Shown: piece by piece, positions 8,354 through 19,570 of the stretch
How positions within the stretch are numbered: the stretch's first letter is position 1
Layout: every line of letters starts with the position of its first letter
IMG/VR virus record: IMGVR_UViG_2740892118_000012
Span: 1-46,795 of that record
Strand: one strand, 5' to 3'
From: a virus
Lineage: Duplodnaviria; Heunggongvirae; Uroviricota; Caudoviricetes
Length of the DNA: 46,795 nucleotides
Position numbers and translations under genes: made by a program
Notes under the pieces: model-generated
The model's database searches: none
What the model was told of the DNA's origin: nothing
The model's input: the letters and a program-made list of their open reading frames with translations, nothing else

Positions 8354-10407
8354 GAAACTTCCCCATTGGTTGAAAATATGGCTCCTCCAACGCCAAGTGT
8401 ATTTCGTGTTGCGCTCAACCTCAGAGGGCTGGAGTCAGAATTAGAATATCCTGTAGCAGAAATAAAAGATCCTCCACTAATAGTCAACTGCGGAACATCG
8501 GCTATATCTGAATAAGTTCTGTCAGCAACAGTATTATTTATAGCCACATGTGATCCAAAAAAACTTCTTATTGTTTGGTTTTTAACTTTACTTCCTTCAA
8601 TGGTTATCCTACTACCACAGTCGGCAATAAATCCTGAATCTGCATCCAGCGTTGCATTCATAAAAGAAGCTTCAGATCTCTCTACATCAATCCATCTAAT
8701 ATCTTTTGTGGGATTTGCACCAAATACATGACAAATATTAGAGTTAAACCTTACACCATCTTGGAGGTGCATTAATTTTTTTATATCTGTACCCCATAGC
8801 CTTGGAAAATTAACAGATGCTCCTGCATGGCAATCAAATCCCAGCTCAACCCCTGAGATATCTACAGCCTTTCCGGAAATAACAGCACCAGTGTCTGCAT
8901 TAACGGCTGTTCCACAATTGCGCATATCATTACCAGCAACATCAACACAACCCGCACCATCAATACGCACACCAAGTGCACATCCATAAAAACCTTTTTC
9001 AATATTTGGTTCAAGGACTTTACCACTTGTTTCTGCATCACTTTCTTCAACGTCATGTCGTCTTGCATCAACATATGCTGTATGAATGCACGTTAATCCA
9101 CGATATGAGCAATGTATAGTTTTATGGTCGCGTATATTAACATTTGAACCATCTCTTACATTCCATCCTATATAACAATAGCTTGCACTTGACCCCTGAA
9201 AATCTGCTTTAACATTATAAATACAATTAACTGACGCAACCGTACTCTCTGTGCACCGTTCAAACTTACTTACAGGCATTGATGCCTTGACATTATTTAC
9301 CAGTTGCAGGGAAGAGTATCTGCTATAAGAAAAATCACATACGTAATACCCTTCTGGCATATATGCAGCAACACTTTCCTCATCAGGAGCACATCCGGTA
9401 TGATATGCACTAATTTTTGCACCAAAACTACCATGAATTCCAACGTAGAACTTTCGAGCACCTGAATACGGATAGAAATTAAGTTCAGCTTTTTGAGTTA
9501 CAATAAATGCACAAACATCGCTATCATCTCTATTTTCTTCAATCTGAATAGCAAATACAGGACTTTTTGCTGCATCGCAAATGTAAAATAAATATTTGTA
9601 TTCGTAATACGTCCTAACAGTTTTAGTAAACAAACTGGTATCAGAGAAAACCACTGAGTCTTCTGATATTATTTTAATCCATGATAAGTCACATCCTGCT
9701 GAAATTTCTATTTGCTCATTGAGCACAAAACCGGAAAGAATTTTAATTATGCAAAAATCAATGCCATTTTTCCATAGTGGACGCAGTGCAACAGCTGAGT
9801 TCAGAGCATCACTAATAGATTTAAAATTACCATATTCCCCAACTGTTATTGTGAATGCATACCTGGAATTAAATACTGCGGCACTCTCTCCAGAGTTAAT
9901 AGCTGCAGATATCATGTCATAATTTGATATAAAATCATTTGGCGTGATTATTTCTGCGTTTTTATTGTGCTGTGTTCTAAGTTTTGAATTTACATGAACA
10001 CTTTTAACTGCAATACGGGAGTCGTCAACAAGTATTTCATTACCCTCTGTTGCTAACTCTTGTCTTAACTGATCCGGATCATACTTCAGCACATTCGGAA
10101 AATAGAACTGCTGCACACCGTACGCATCATAAACAGCCATCGAATGGCCTTGCACGGTAACGAATTTGGCAATCTGTCCGTTATATACCGGATATCCAGC
10201 AGCGTTAATGATGATTGGCTGTGCAACAGGAACGTGAGAACCATCTTCGTTCTCAACATAGACCTGAATCTGGTTTTCTGGATTTACCGGGTCAGTGTCA
10301 ATTTTACCGATATAAATTTTGCCATTGGCTACGGCTTTAAAAGAACGAGCCATAGTGAAGAGTTGCGAAGGCATGCTCACTACAACATTGGCTGTAATGT
10401 CTGTCAT
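8350..10407 (-). CDS. Tailspike protein (P22 gene 9-type N-terminal head-binding domain, divergent receptor-binding domain)
   Basis: N-terminal ~110 aa '[13 protein letters not shown]...[21 protein letters not shown]...NVLKYDPDQ' closely matches recalled P22 tailspike N-terminus; the remaining ~570 aa do not. Confidence 0.85.
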   Translation of the reverse strand: MTDITANVVVSMPSQLFTMARSFKAVANGKIYIGKIDTDPVNPENQIQVYVENEDGSHVPVAQPIIINAAGYPVYNGQIAKFVTVQGHSMAVYDAYGVQQFYFPNVLKYDPDQLRQELATEGNEILVDDSRIAVKSVHVNSKLRTQHNKNAEIITPNDFISNYDMISAAINSGESAAVFNSRYAFTITVGEYGNFKSISDALNSAVALRPLWKNGIDFCIIKILSGFVLNEQIEISAGCDLSWIKIISEDSVVFSDTSLFTKTVRTYYEYKYLFYICDAAKSPVFAIQIEENRDDSDVCAFIVTQKAELNFYPYSGARKFYVGIHGSFGAKISAYHTGCAPDEESVAAYMPEGYYVCDFSYSRYSSLQLVNNVKASMPVSKFERCTESTVASVNCIYNVKADFQGSSASYCYIGWNVRDGSNVNIRDHKTIHCSYRGLTCIHTAYVDARRHDVEESDAETSGKVLEPNIEKGFYGCALGVRIDGAGCVDVAGNDMRNCGTAVNADTGAVISGKAVDISGVELGFDCHAGASVNFPRLWGTDIKKLMHLQDGVRFNSNICHVFGANPTKDIRWIDVERSEASFMNATLDADSGFIADCGSRITIEGSKVKNQTIRSFFGSHVAINNTVADRTYSDIADVPQLTISGGSFISATGYSNSDSSPLRLSATRNTLGVGGAIFSTNGEVS

Positions 10408-10477
10408 TTAATTTGCTCCAGATACAAGGAATCGCCGCAGCATTGCCGCAGTGATGCATTATTAATCAAAAAAATAC

Positions 10478-10490
10478 GACCACCGTGGTC
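10478..10490. promoter_or_regulatory. Perfect palindrome GACCACCGTGGTC; candidate Mnt-type operator between mnt and tailspike
   Basis: Seen in sequence in the 148-bp mnt-tailspike intergenic region; resembles the recalled P22 Omnt GTGG/CCAC-core palindrome. Confidence 0.4.
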
Positions 10491-10554
10491 TTATTGAGGA
10501 TGCAATCAGCAGATAATAAGATGCCGATCCACTCACAAAAGCGAGGCATCAAGA

Positions 10555-10806
10555 ATGGGAAGAGATGACCCGCAATTTAATCTGCGGCTACCTTACGAAT
10601 TAAAGGAAAAACTAAAACAGCGAGCCAAATCCAATGGCCGCTCTCTTAATTCAGAATTAGTTCAGATAGTGACTGATGCTGTATCAAAGCCATCCAAAAT
10701 TTCAGGCTATCGAGACGATGCGGAACGCATCGCTGATGAGCAGTCAGAGCTTGTTAAGAAGATGGTGTTTGATACGCTGAATGATTTGTACAAAAAACCC
10801 ACCTGA
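10555..10806 (+). CDS. mnt: Mnt repressor (ribbon-helix-helix, Arc/MetJ family)
   Basis: 83 aa 'MGRDDPQFNLRLPYELKEKLKQRAKSNGRSLNSELVQIV...DDAERIADEQSELVKKMVFDTLNDLYKK' matches recalled P22 Mnt along its length. Confidence 0.85.
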   Translation: MGRDDPQFNLRLPYELKEKLKQRAKSNGRSLNSELVQIVTDAVSKPSKISGYRDDAERIADEQSELVKKMVFDTLNDLYKKPT

Positions 10807-10905
10807 AGGTGGGTTAATTTTTGCATTTACCTGGGCCATATTGACTACTTATAAAATGAGATCAATATTTAATCGCCCAATAACGGGTGTATGTTGAGGT
10901 ATATC

Positions 10906-11085
10906 ATGGCGAAAAAACCAGGTGAAAACACAGGAAAAAACGGCGGAATATACCAAGAAGTTGGCCCACGCGGCGGTAAGAAAGACAATTTTGCAACCGT
11001 CAAGGACAACGAAAGGCTTCCACCAACAACAAAGCCAGGTCATGGCTGGGTATTGGATAAGCGAACTCCAGACAGCAAAAAGTAA
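10906..11085 (+). CDS. Small hypothetical protein (59 aa), Gly/Lys-rich
   Basis: ATG at 10906 preceded by GAGGT with 5-nt spacing; followed by a terminator hairpin. Confidence 0.4.
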   Translation: MAKKPGENTGKNGGIYQEVGPRGGKKDNFATVKDNERLPPTTKPGHGWVLDKRTPDSKK

Positions 11086-11091
11086 TAATCA

Positions 11092-11113
11092 AGCCGGGTC
11101 ACTCCGGCTTTTT
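11092..11113 (+). terminator. Rho-independent terminator (AGCCGGgtcacTCCGGCT + TTTTT)
   Basis: GC-rich stem-loop followed by T-run, directly after the small ORF stop. Confidence 0.5.
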
Positions 11114-11464
11114 GATATGTCGCTCGCAGAACTCAACAAGCCTGCTCATTAAGTAGCAGTAAGTCTCGTTGGCTCTTCCTGGTTCAACATCAACACCTAC
11201 CCTTGAGCAGATATCGAATGCCATGTGAGCGCACTCATGGGCAATAGTAGATAGTTTGCCATTGAACACGCCTATCACATGCAAAACACCATTCTCGCTA
11301 CTCATTGTATGAGACGCTCCGTTGGCGTCCGAGTCATGCACGTCAACGCCAAGTTTTTGATGCAGGCGTTGCCATTCTGGAAAGTCTCTACAAAACACAA
11401 TTGTACCGCTCTCAAAGAGCGGAACGAGCATCTTTGGTACGTTTCCAATGTTAACTTTTTTCAT
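11099..11464 (-). CDS. Small hypothetical protein with HExxH motif ('IAHECAHMAF'); possible zinc-metallopeptidase-like moron
   Basis: 121-aa ORF; HExxH seen directly; no further homology recognised. Confidence 0.45.
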   Translation of the reverse strand: MKKVNIGNVPKMLVPLFESGTIVFCRDFPEWQRLHQKLGVDVHDSDANGASHTMSSENGVLHVIGVFNGKLSTIAHECAHMAFDICSRVGVDVEPGRANETYCYLMSRLVEFCERHIKKPE

Positions 11465-11498
11465 GGTATCCTGCGCAAAACTAAGGAGAGTTAATTAT

Positions 11499-11984
11499 AT
11501 GAAAAAATCACTGTTAATTATCCCGCTTCTGCTGGCTGGGTGCGCAAAAGTAAGCGACTATCAGGCAAGTTGCGAGCAACGCTATCCAAAGCTTAGCGAT
11601 ATGGCTAATTGCCTTGATGCCAGCTTGAAGAACGACTCTCGCATGGCATCAGCACCAACACCTAAGCTGTATGTCCTTGCTGCGAAGATGCTCGGGCAAG
11701 GTGTCGATGAAGGCAAGATAAGTGACACACAGGCAAGACTTGAACTTCAGAATCTTTATGTTCAATTACAAAGCCAAGAACAAGCACAACAAATAGCACA
11801 AAGCCAAGCATTCCAGCAGGCTTTATTGAATTATCAGGCTGTAAACACAATGCAAGCGATCGAGCAAAAAGCGCGCCAGCCTGTTATAACTCAACCTTAC
11901 CCAACACGCGTTGACACATATACAAACTGCAATTCAGGATTTGGAAACACGGTAACATGCAACAGTAGCAGTAATATCAGATAG
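11499..11984 (+). CDS. Lipoprotein (signal peptide with lipobox LLAGC), Gln-rich; prophage moron in the sieA/immI-equivalent position
   Basis: ATG at 11499 with RBS AAGGAGAG; N-terminus 'MKKSLLIIPLLLAGCAK'; ORF track begins upstream at 11448. Confidence 0.6.
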   Translation: MKKSLLIIPLLLAGCAKVSDYQASCEQRYPKLSDMANCLDASLKNDSRMASAPTPKLYVLAAKMLGQGVDEGKISDTQARLELQNLYVQLQSQEQAQQIAQSQAFQQALLNYQAVNTMQAIEQKARQPVITQPYPTRVDTYTNCNSGFGNTVTCNSSSNIR

Positions 11985-11997
11985 TTATATCTTATTT

Positions 11998-13845
11998 TTA
12001 TTGCTGTTCTGCTGTAATTTGGCTTGAAAGTATAGGGCGTATCGCATTTGCAGCATTATTTAGCGCTCTTTCATAGGCTGGTGTTCCTGCTTTGGTGTTT
12101 GCCAAACGTAAGAGAGCATTCCTTGCTGCTTTTGACTCATACAAGCGCATCATTGCACCGAAACCAGCCTCAAGCCCCATTGATACGCCAAGAGTCGCAG
12201 TTGCGCCAATCGTCCTTATCCTGTTGGCTTGCGATTGCCCCGTCTGAGTTACTACATTTGCGGTGTCTGACCTTGCTGTTTGCTGTAGAACTTCATGAAG
12301 AGAATCAAGCTCTTTCATGTGCTTTCCAGAAAAAATAGTGTTGTAAATTTCACCGCCTGACTGAGATTTCAGCTTATTAACTTCAGTGATGAACTTGGCT
12401 GGAGAGTCACCGGCCTTTTCCGCTATTTTGCTGACATAAGCTGCACGCATAGCATCTTTCCCTTTATTATCCAATGCGCTCCAGATTCGTTTCACGTCAG
12501 ATGGTTTTCTGCTTAATACAACGGTATTTATAAGTTCAGGACTGGCTTCACTGCTTGCCTTGTTGAGCTTGTTAGCAATGTTTTTATTAAGCACCTTATT
12601 ATAAACGTTTGCATAATCGGAATTTGCTTTAAGGTATTTTGCTGCGTCTGATGCACCGAGGTTTTTTGCAACTGCGTTACGAAGATCTTTTGACATTGCA
12701 TTCTCTACCATATTGGTAGCTGCTTTTGCCTGGTTTGGGAAGACCATAGCATCTCCCTGAACATTAGATCTAAATGCTGTTCTGTGCTGACGCAAGAGAT
12801 CAAACGTAACATCCAAATCAGTTGCAGGGTTTGCTAATTCTTCACGTAGGTTACGCAAGGATGTAAGCAGGCTTTGATTGGCAGACGTCCCAAGCCGTTC
12901 CTGTCTTGCGATCGCTGTATTCAGAGCATTCATGGTATTTGTGGTATCAACTGCGGCATTACCCATTTTATTGGTGACGTCATTGATAACAGCGCCAGCG
13001 GCATCCTTCCGCCCCCTTAACGTGGTGGTAAGAGATTTCACCACATCATCAGGGTTGTACTCACCAAAACGGTCAAAATAATTACTTACCAGCTTACTAC
13101 GCGTTGCATATTGCTCCGCTCGCTTTGAGCCTGTCCCGAGCAAAGCCCCCTCGGCATCCTGAGTTAGGCCGCGAGTGAAAGCATTTTTCGGCGGGATAAC
13201 ATCAGATGTCATTGGTGTCACGCCCATCGATTCTGATGTGGCAATTTTCTTCGCCACTTCTGGCGCAATATCACCTTTTATAGCCGTTATTCCACGCCCT
13301 ATTCCCTTTGCTGCTGCGGAAAGAACCCCCTGAGCGGCAAGGTTAACTCCGGCATTTTTAGCTGCATTTTGTGCGAAATCGCCTTTCTGATTTGCGGCCT
13401 CTGCCAGTGATCCAATAGCCATGCTTCCTGCCGTTCCAACTCCTGGAACTAAATACCCGCCAATTGTTTCTCCAGCTTGCGCATAAGGGTCTGTTGGTCG
13501 ATCGACTGGACGATAGACATCGTCCAAAACCTTGGGGCCACCAAGCCCCTGGCTGATTGCATTAATCAGACTTGCGCCGCCCTGCAATACGTCAAATGGT
13601 ATGTTTACCAGACCACGACCAGCCTGTTCCGCAATTTGCCCTGCACTTTGACCACCAGTGAGCCAATCGCCAGCTTGTTGCATCAATGATGGTTCTTCCC
13701 GTGTTGGTGCATTATTGGCCTGATTAACTGTTTGTTGCTGAACAGCCTGACCAGCAAAATACTCATCAATGGCGGTGCCAATATCTTCGGTGCTCGTACC
13801 ATCAGGAAAGGTAAATGTCTTACCGTTTGCAGTTACTTTCATCAT
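11998..13845 (-). CDS. Ejection/DNA-injection protein (P22 gp16-like)
   Basis: 615 aa at the position and size of P22 gene 16, last gene of the 4-10-26-14-7-20-16 block; stop/start overlap with gp20. Confidence 0.7.
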   Translation of the reverse strand: MMKVTANGKTFTFPDGTSTEDIGTAIDEYFAGQAVQQQTVNQANNAPTREEPSLMQQAGDWLTGGQSAGQIAEQAGRGLVNIPFDVLQGGASLINAISQGLGGPKVLDDVYRPVDRPTDPYAQAGETIGGYLVPGVGTAGSMAIGSLAEAANQKGDFAQNAAKNAGVNLAAQGVLSAAAKGIGRGITAIKGDIAPEVAKKIATSESMGVTPMTSDVIPPKNAFTRGLTQDAEGALLGTGSKRAEQYATRSKLVSNYFDRFGEYNPDDVVKSLTTTLRGRKDAAGAVINDVTNKMGNAAVDTTNTMNALNTAIARQERLGTSANQSLLTSLRNLREELANPATDLDVTFDLLRQHRTAFRSNVQGDAMVFPNQAKAATNMVENAMSKDLRNAVAKNLGASDAAKYLKANSDYANVYNKVLNKNIANKLNKASSEASPELINTVVLSRKPSDVKRIWSALDNKGKDAMRAAYVSKIAEKAGDSPAKFITEVNKLKSQSGGEIYNTIFSGKHMKELDSLHEVLQQTARSDTANVVTQTGQSQANRIRTIGATATLGVSMGLEAGFGAMMRLYESKAARNALLRLANTKAGTPAYERALNNAANAIRPILSSQITAEQQ

Positions 13846-15248
13846 TCCACCGTAAATTGAATGCCTGATTTTGAGGTATATGATCCAACCTGATTCCGTG
13901 GTTCTCCTGAAGGTGTCGAATCTTGTGCTGGCGCTGCGTCAGTATTCATTGACATATACCGCTTAACGGCACTCCCCAATGATTCACCTTTTTTAACATC
14001 CAACCCCAATATCTGACCGCCATTACGCGATTGTCCAGGGTTGCCATTCGCGCTCATCCACTCAGCTTTAAACTCATTAAACTGCGCGTTTCGTCGCTCA
14101 AGGTTTGCCATTGCATCAAGCCATCTTGCGACCGTCTCAGGGTTATCCATGTCAGTTGGCGCACCCTGTCGAACGATCTCAACGTCTTTATCCGTTGCTG
14201 GGCCGGGAGGTAGGAATTTAAGAACCTGACTGTTAACAAGGGCATTTTGGCGAATGCGCAAATCACGCAATGTCGTATCGCTTCCGGTAAGTTTTGCGAA
14301 CATGTTCTGTGCGTTACCGAACAAGCCGGTCGTTGGTTTTTCTGCTCTGAACTGTTGAGCAAGCGCACTCATGGAATTGGCTGAGTTTGATGATGCTGTG
14401 GCATTGTTTACAGCCGTCTCGATGCCTTTTTCCATGTTTACTGACAGCTTAGGTGCTTCGCTAATCAACTGCTGAGCCTTTTCCTGCGCTTGCTGCATCT
14501 TAAACCCGAACTCTTGCTGATCCAGAGCCAAGCGTTGTGCTGCGATATTGTGCCCAGTCATTGCTGACTGATAGGAAAGGTTTTGCCCTCTCGCCTGAAG
14601 TGCTTCACCAGCCTGATTGCTGCGGATTGTCTCTGCCAGCCCGCCTCGGTCAATCTCACGACCAGCCATCTTGTCCTGAACATTGAAGTAATCAATCGGA
14701 CCAAGAGCAGCCATTCCAAGGTGATCAACAAACTCACCAAATCCTGAAGGATTCTGCTGATACATCTGAGCAACGCTGTTAGGGTCAACACCGACGCGAG
14801 TCAGTTCCTTGGCGTTGTTTTGCAGCCATGATTGCATTGCTTCTGGAGACGATGACGCAAGGCGTGCGCCAGCCGCTAAGGTGCCGATAGAATTACGCTG
14901 CTCTTCATCAATGAATCCCATGCCTTTACGAACGGATTCAATCTGGTCTGGATATTGAGTAGCCAACTTACGCAAAGCACCGCGATCACCAGACGCATAA
15001 GCATTAGCGTACGCCTGCTGAAATTCTTTCTGCCGCTGAGCCTGCTTTTCCTGCTGAAACACCCCCGCAATACCAGAAAGACCTTGCAAAGCTGTCAGCC
15101 CAACATTGTTAGCGCCTGAACGCTCAATATCATTGTTCTGCCTGATAAGCTGAAGCGTGTTGCCGATGTCATTTACGCTCGGAGCGTTTGAGTTGACACC
15201 ACCGATACCAGCCAACAATCCGCCATTTGTTCCTTGCCAAGTAGCCAT
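13842..15248 (-). CDS. Ejection/DNA-injection protein (P22 gp20-like)
   Basis: 468 aa (P22 gp20 ~471 aa); synteny. Confidence 0.7.
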   Translation of the reverse strand: MATWQGTNGGLLAGIGGVNSNAPSVNDIGNTLQLIRQNNDIERSGANNVGLTALQGLSGIAGVFQQEKQAQRQKEFQQAYANAYASGDRGALRKLATQYPDQIESVRKGMGFIDEEQRNSIGTLAAGARLASSSPEAMQSWLQNNAKELTRVGVDPNSVAQMYQQNPSGFGEFVDHLGMAALGPIDYFNVQDKMAGREIDRGGLAETIRSNQAGEALQARGQNLSYQSAMTGHNIAAQRLALDQQEFGFKMQQAQEKAQQLISEAPKLSVNMEKGIETAVNNATASSNSANSMSALAQQFRAEKPTTGLFGNAQNMFAKLTGSDTTLRDLRIRQNALVNSQVLKFLPPGPATDKDVEIVRQGAPTDMDNPETVARWLDAMANLERRNAQFNEFKAEWMSANGNPGQSRNGGQILGLDVKKGESLGSAVKRYMSMNTDAAPAQDSTPSGEPRNQVGSYTSKSGIQFTVE

Positions 15249-15257
15249 GATTACCCC

Positions 15258-15953
15258 TTAAAACAACGATCCAAGCAGGCCAAGTCCGCCGCCAATTGCC
15301 GCACCTAATCCAGTGCCAAGTCCTGGAACAATAGAGCCAAGAGCAGCGCCAGTCATAGCCCCTGAAGCTCCTCCGCTAATTGCTGTCTGAAGGCCTGATG
15401 GTTTATTGGCATTAGCAGCGGCAAGAGCTGCGCTTTGCTGTGCAATGCTGCTCATGTTGTTGGCGTACGTCTGCCCGGCGTTTGCCTGACCTTGCAGAGC
15501 ACCAAGCCCAACGTTTGCCAGATTGTTGTAATTGCTCATCTGATTTGATAACCAAGACTGACCGAGTGTCGGCGCGATCGTAGCCAGTTGATTGCTTGTG
15601 GCTGTCGAACCAAGTCCACCCGTCGCCTCCGCAGCAGCAAGACTCTGGTAACGAGCCTGCCCTGCAAGGTCTTTATACTGCTGAGAGTTGTAATACTGAT
15701 TAAGTGCCTGCCCCTGACCTTCTAAACTGGAAAGGCTCTGAAGCTGGTTAACATACTGCTCCGCAAGAGGCGTGAACGGAGCAAGGTTTTTCATGATCGT
15801 CTGCCACTGCTGATTTTGCAGGTCTGCAGCATACTTCTGGGCTTCTGCTGCATACTTTGCGCTTTTATCAGAACTGCCACCTTTCCCGCCTTTTTCAGGG
15901 CAATAAGGTTCCTCGCCGCGCAGTTTTCTGCCCAGCTTAAATGCATATAACAT
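15258..15953 (-). CDS. Ejection protein (P22 gp7-like)
   Basis: 231 aa (P22 gp7 ~229 aa); N-terminus 'MLYAFKLGRKLRGEEPYCPEKGGKGG'; Gly/Ala-rich C-terminus; synteny. Confidence 0.7.
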   Translation of the reverse strand: MLYAFKLGRKLRGEEPYCPEKGGKGGSSDKSAKYAAEAQKYAADLQNQQWQTIMKNLAPFTPLAEQYVNQLQSLSSLEGQGQALNQYYNSQQYKDLAGQARYQSLAAAEATGGLGSTATSNQLATIAPTLGQSWLSNQMSNYNNLANVGLGALQGQANAGQTYANNMSSIAQQSAALAAANANKPSGLQTAISGGASGAMTGAALGSIVPGLGTGLGAAIGGGLGLLGSLF

Positions 15954-15955
15954 GG

Positions 15956-16414
15956 CTATCTCCCGTGATTCAGGAAGTCGATTAGTTCTTCGCGTGTGGC
16001 GCTGTAAAACGTCACGTCATCCACGCCTTTAAAGTATTTCTTGATGGTTCCTACACGATTAAGGCCAATCATTGCGCAGTACATCTGCCCGTGGCGGAAT
16101 TTGCGTGCAGCGAACGATGTGACACACTGAACAGTGGTGTTAGTCAGAATGTATCGCCAGAACGCCAGCCCGATTTCCTTGCTGAATCCACGAACCTCTG
16201 GCAGGTACATGGCGTGGCAATCAAAGGTCAAAGGCTGAATCTCCTGATAGTAAACAATGCCGCCGAACTGCCCGTGCACGTTCACCTCGAAGTAACGGCA
16301 TTCAGGCTTGTAGTCGTATCCATCACCGTTGTTGCTCCCGGCAATAATGTCAGGGTGATTTCCGACTGCTTCGATCAGGTCGATGTTTCGCGTTGGGTTG
16401 AACTGAATCATCAC
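15956..16414 (-). CDS. Head-completion/tail accessory protein (P22 gp14-like)
   Basis: 152 aa between needle and gp7, as in P22-like phages. Confidence 0.65.
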   Translation of the reverse strand: MMIQFNPTRNIDLIEAVGNHPDIIAGSNNGDGYDYKPECRYFEVNVHGQFGGIVYYQEIQPLTFDCHAMYLPEVRGFSKEIGLAFWRYILTNTTVQCVTSFAARKFRHGQMYCAMIGLNRVGTIKKYFKGVDDVTFYSATREELIDFLNHGR

Positions 16415-17364
16415 TGCTCCGCGATTATCTTGATGGTTGTGGCAGTAAACGCCGCCCCATTTGACTGGATGGTTAACGTACTGCCATTTGTGGCAAGAAA
16501 GCCGTCTTTATCCACGCTGAAGAACGTAGCTAACAGGATGTTATCGGTTGTTGTCGCCGAGTTGCGACTGCTTACCAGTGTGTCAGGAACAGATCCGGAA
16601 AAGGTTAGCTGCATTGACCTGTTTGCGGTTCCGCTGGGCCACGTCCCGACAATCGACAGCTTGAAGAACAGGGTTTTGTTCTCGTTGAAAACAACCATCT
16701 TGTTGTTATCAGTATCGAAGAATGGTGCCAACGTCCCGGATGACGGCGTGAGCGTTTTCAGCAGGCTAACAAGGTTGGTCGGCGCTGTTGGAATGGTTAC
16801 CGATACTCCTGAGTAAACAACCTCTGATTTCTTGCGCGTGGTGGCATACTCAAGCGCAGATATTCTTGTTGAGTGATCACCAACTGTGCTTTGTAGCGTC
16901 GAAATACTTCCCTCTGCCGCTGTGAGCCTGGTATCAAGTGCGTTGATATCGGTTGTATTCTGAGTTATTCGCGCATCATGGTTTGCTAACTCAGATTCAT
17001 TGGCAGCAATTCGCGTCTCGTGATCAGCCAGCTCTGTTTCGGCAGCCGTAATCCTTGTTTCATGATCTGCAAGAGTGCTTTCCGCTGCTGCGATTCTATG
17101 TTCATGATTGACGAGAGTTGCTTCAGCAGCAGCAATTCTGGATTCATGGTCTGCAAGGGTGACATCCTGCTCATCATTCTTCACCTGTGCATCATAAGCT
17201 CCCTTCCCTGCTTCGTTGGCCTTGTTAGCCACGTTACCAACATCAGTACCCTGTGCGATAACGTACAGCAGATATGACTGCGAGAAGATATTGCGTGGAA
17301 GGACTGATGTGTCGAGTCGTGTAGCCTGAATGATTACCGGCTCATTGAGATTCGAATCAGCCAT
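16411..17364 (-). CDS. Tail needle (P22 gp26-like) with extended C-terminal knob domain
   Basis: From ATG at 17364: '[43 protein letters not shown]...[13 protein letters not shown]' matches recalled P22 gp26 N-terminus; coiled-coil 14-aa repeats follow. ORF track extends upstream to 17466 in the gp10 overlap. Confidence 0.85.
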   Translation of the reverse strand: MADSNLNEPVIIQATRLDTSVLPRNIFSQSYLLYVIAQGTDVGNVANKANEAGKGAYDAQVKNDEQDVTLADHESRIAAAEATLVNHEHRIAAAESTLADHETRITAAETELADHETRIAANESELANHDARITQNTTDINALDTRLTAAEGSISTLQSTVGDHSTRISALEYATTRKKSEVVYSGVSVTIPTAPTNLVSLLKTLTPSSGTLAPFFDTDNNKMVVFNENKTLFFKLSIVGTWPSGTANRSMQLTFSGSVPDTLVSSRNSATTTDNILLATFFSVDKDGFLATNGSTLTIQSNGAAFTATTIKIIAEQ

Positions 17365-18782
17365 TACTCGATCCTTATCTGGCAGCCAGACAGAGTGACA
17401 GGTGACTTCGTGATAACGCGCAATTTGAAGCCGACATTTTTCCTGATGCGCCCGACTCGCTTCCACAAAACACGCTTGTCGTAAACGAACGGTTCATTCT
17501 GCTCAATCATCTGCTCACGACCGTAATTGATGCCATCAGTGGTTGCCGAGAGGAACAGGCGGTCGGCGTACTGAGCGACCCCCGTCGATGATTCCACCTC
17601 CAGATCAAAGCATCTGGCGTTATCTGCTTTGAAGAGTGGAGTAAACAGCAGGTGTTCTTGCTGTAGCCCATACTGGCTGCTGATGTCGAACTGCAATTTT
17701 CCGGTCACGGACTCCAGCTTATCGCCGCACGTTATCTGATTGCCTTCGTAAATGAAGTCGATAGCGCGGTACACATCGTCATACAGGCCTGTTTTCAGCA
17801 CACACCATTGCGGACCATTGGCGCTTGAAGATGCGTCGTACACAAGGACGTGACGCGAAAGATGGATAATCAGCAACTCATGAGCATCAAACCGCAACGA
17901 TTCCATCACACCATCAGCCAGTTCATCAGCAGTGTAGGAGCGGAGGATTTTCTCAATGCTCGCGCTGGCGATTGGTGATACCTGACCGGAGCCGATGATG
18001 TATACAGACGGAGCACCTGTTGCCGGATTGCTGATAAACGCATAGGAATCAGCAAACGGCGTTTTGCAGTAAGTTCCGGCAATGCCTTTCTGCACCATCA
18101 GTGATGGCTGTGCGACATACAAAGCGGCACCAACGGTGGTTGCCCCAGTCAGGGAAAAATATTCAATCGTCGATGAACCAAAGCAGACGATGAAGTCTCG
18201 CCATGTTCCGATGCCGAGGATACCGTCCGGCTGCGATTCTGCGCGATATTGTGCGCTGTAACGGTCAGGATGCGATTCGTCTTCAAGGTCAGTGATAAAC
18301 CATGAATCCGTGCCGTCTTTTGACCACGCATAACGCCCACGTAAACGCGTAATGTCGCGAACCGAACCTAACTCATACTGAGTGAATCCGCTGTCTGTAG
18401 GCCAGTTTGAGACTGTTTTAACCGTTCCATCATAGCGATACTCGACCAGTTGACCATTAAAGCCTACCGCCTGAGATGTTCGACCATGCGCCATTGATAC
18501 GCGACCACTTCCGGAAACATCACCGACCTCGCTTTCGCCCTTATACAACTTGCCACCGCAAACGCGATAAACAGCATTCTGCGCCATGTTGTACTCGACA
18601 CCGCGCGATACACCATTCACATCAGAGCGTTTGGCAATGCCAGGGAATGAGCGAAGATATCCACTGCTGTTGAGGATTTCTTTGGGGGTTGCCAGCATAT
18701 TCACTGGCAGATAGTCGATATAGTCGGCGTTTCGAAAGTCTTTGCCGACACCTTTCATAAGCGGAAGTTGCTGAATCGGCAT
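17364..18782 (-). CDS. Head-completion/tail hub protein (P22 gp10-like)
   Basis: 472 aa, same size as P22 gp10; synteny between gp4 and gp26. Confidence 0.75.
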   Translation of the reverse strand: MPIQQLPLMKGVGKDFRNADYIDYLPVNMLATPKEILNSSGYLRSFPGIAKRSDVNGVSRGVEYNMAQNAVYRVCGGKLYKGESEVGDVSGSGRVSMAHGRTSQAVGFNGQLVEYRYDGTVKTVSNWPTDSGFTQYELGSVRDITRLRGRYAWSKDGTDSWFITDLEDESHPDRYSAQYRAESQPDGILGIGTWRDFIVCFGSSTIEYFSLTGATTVGAALYVAQPSLMVQKGIAGTYCKTPFADSYAFISNPATGAPSVYIIGSGQVSPIASASIEKILRSYTADELADGVMESLRFDAHELLIIHLSRHVLVYDASSSANGPQWCVLKTGLYDDVYRAIDFIYEGNQITCGDKLESVTGKLQFDISSQYGLQQEHLLFTPLFKADNARCFDLEVESSTGVAQYADRLFLSATTDGINYGREQMIEQNEPFVYDKRVLWKRVGRIRKNVGFKLRVITKSPVTLSGCQIRIE

Positions 18783-19259
18783 TATTCGCTCCCGTTATCG
18801 CAAGGTTCCTTTCGCTGGAAGTAATTCCAACCGTTCCACTTCGCCAACTGGTTACCACTACCAACAGGCATACGGTTTGGATAACCGGACTTACATTTAG
18901 CGGCTTTTGCTCTGTCCATTGCAGACAGTTTGACGAGTCTCTCTTTCCCGTATCTGGCAGTGGTTATAAGTTTTGCATTCGCTTCCAGCGCATAATCCGG
19001 AGCAATGCGGCAGGCAAGGTTGAAAATGACGGCATTAATAGCGTTATTTGATAAACCGTGCTCATCGCCCGGATCTGGAGCGACATCTGCATCAGCGAAA
19101 ATGTAGCCAACGTTGATACCAGGTGACACATCACCGCCAAGCCATTCAGCCATCATCATTTCAAGGTCGTTGACGCCGTCTTCCATAGACTGCGGTTCGA
19201 CATCGGTTAACGTGGCATTTGATGCCACACCGAGCTTACGTAATGCCGCAAGAACTAAA

Positions 19260-19282
<23 letters not shown>
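18782..19282 (-). CDS. Head-completion/tail accessory protein (P22 gp4-like)
   Basis: From ATG at 19282: '[33 protein letters not shown]...HGL...[14 protein letters not shown]' matches recalled P22 gp4. The ORF-track upstream extension (SQ)n is probably not translated. Confidence 0.8.
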
Positions 19283-19526
<244 letters not shown>

Positions 19527-19540
19527 GCTTGTCTCCAGAT

Positions 19541-19562
19541 AAAAAAGGGAGCCGAAGCTCCC
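19541..19562 (-). terminator. Rho-independent terminator immediately downstream of coat gene (GGGAGC-UUCG-GCUCCC + U6)
   Basis: Minus strand reads GGGAGCTTCGGCTCCCTTTTTT: 6-bp GC stem, UUCG tetraloop, T-run. Confidence 0.6.
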
Positions 19563-19570
19563 TCTGGTTA

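Noticed and set aside
16091-16816. 241-aa plus-strand ORF (and similar antisense ORFs such as 8862-9074, 21869-22150, 22169-22564, 23066-23422, 45745-46146)
   Set aside because: They lie entirely antisense to well-supported phage genes and lack RBS or family features; treated as shadow ORFs.
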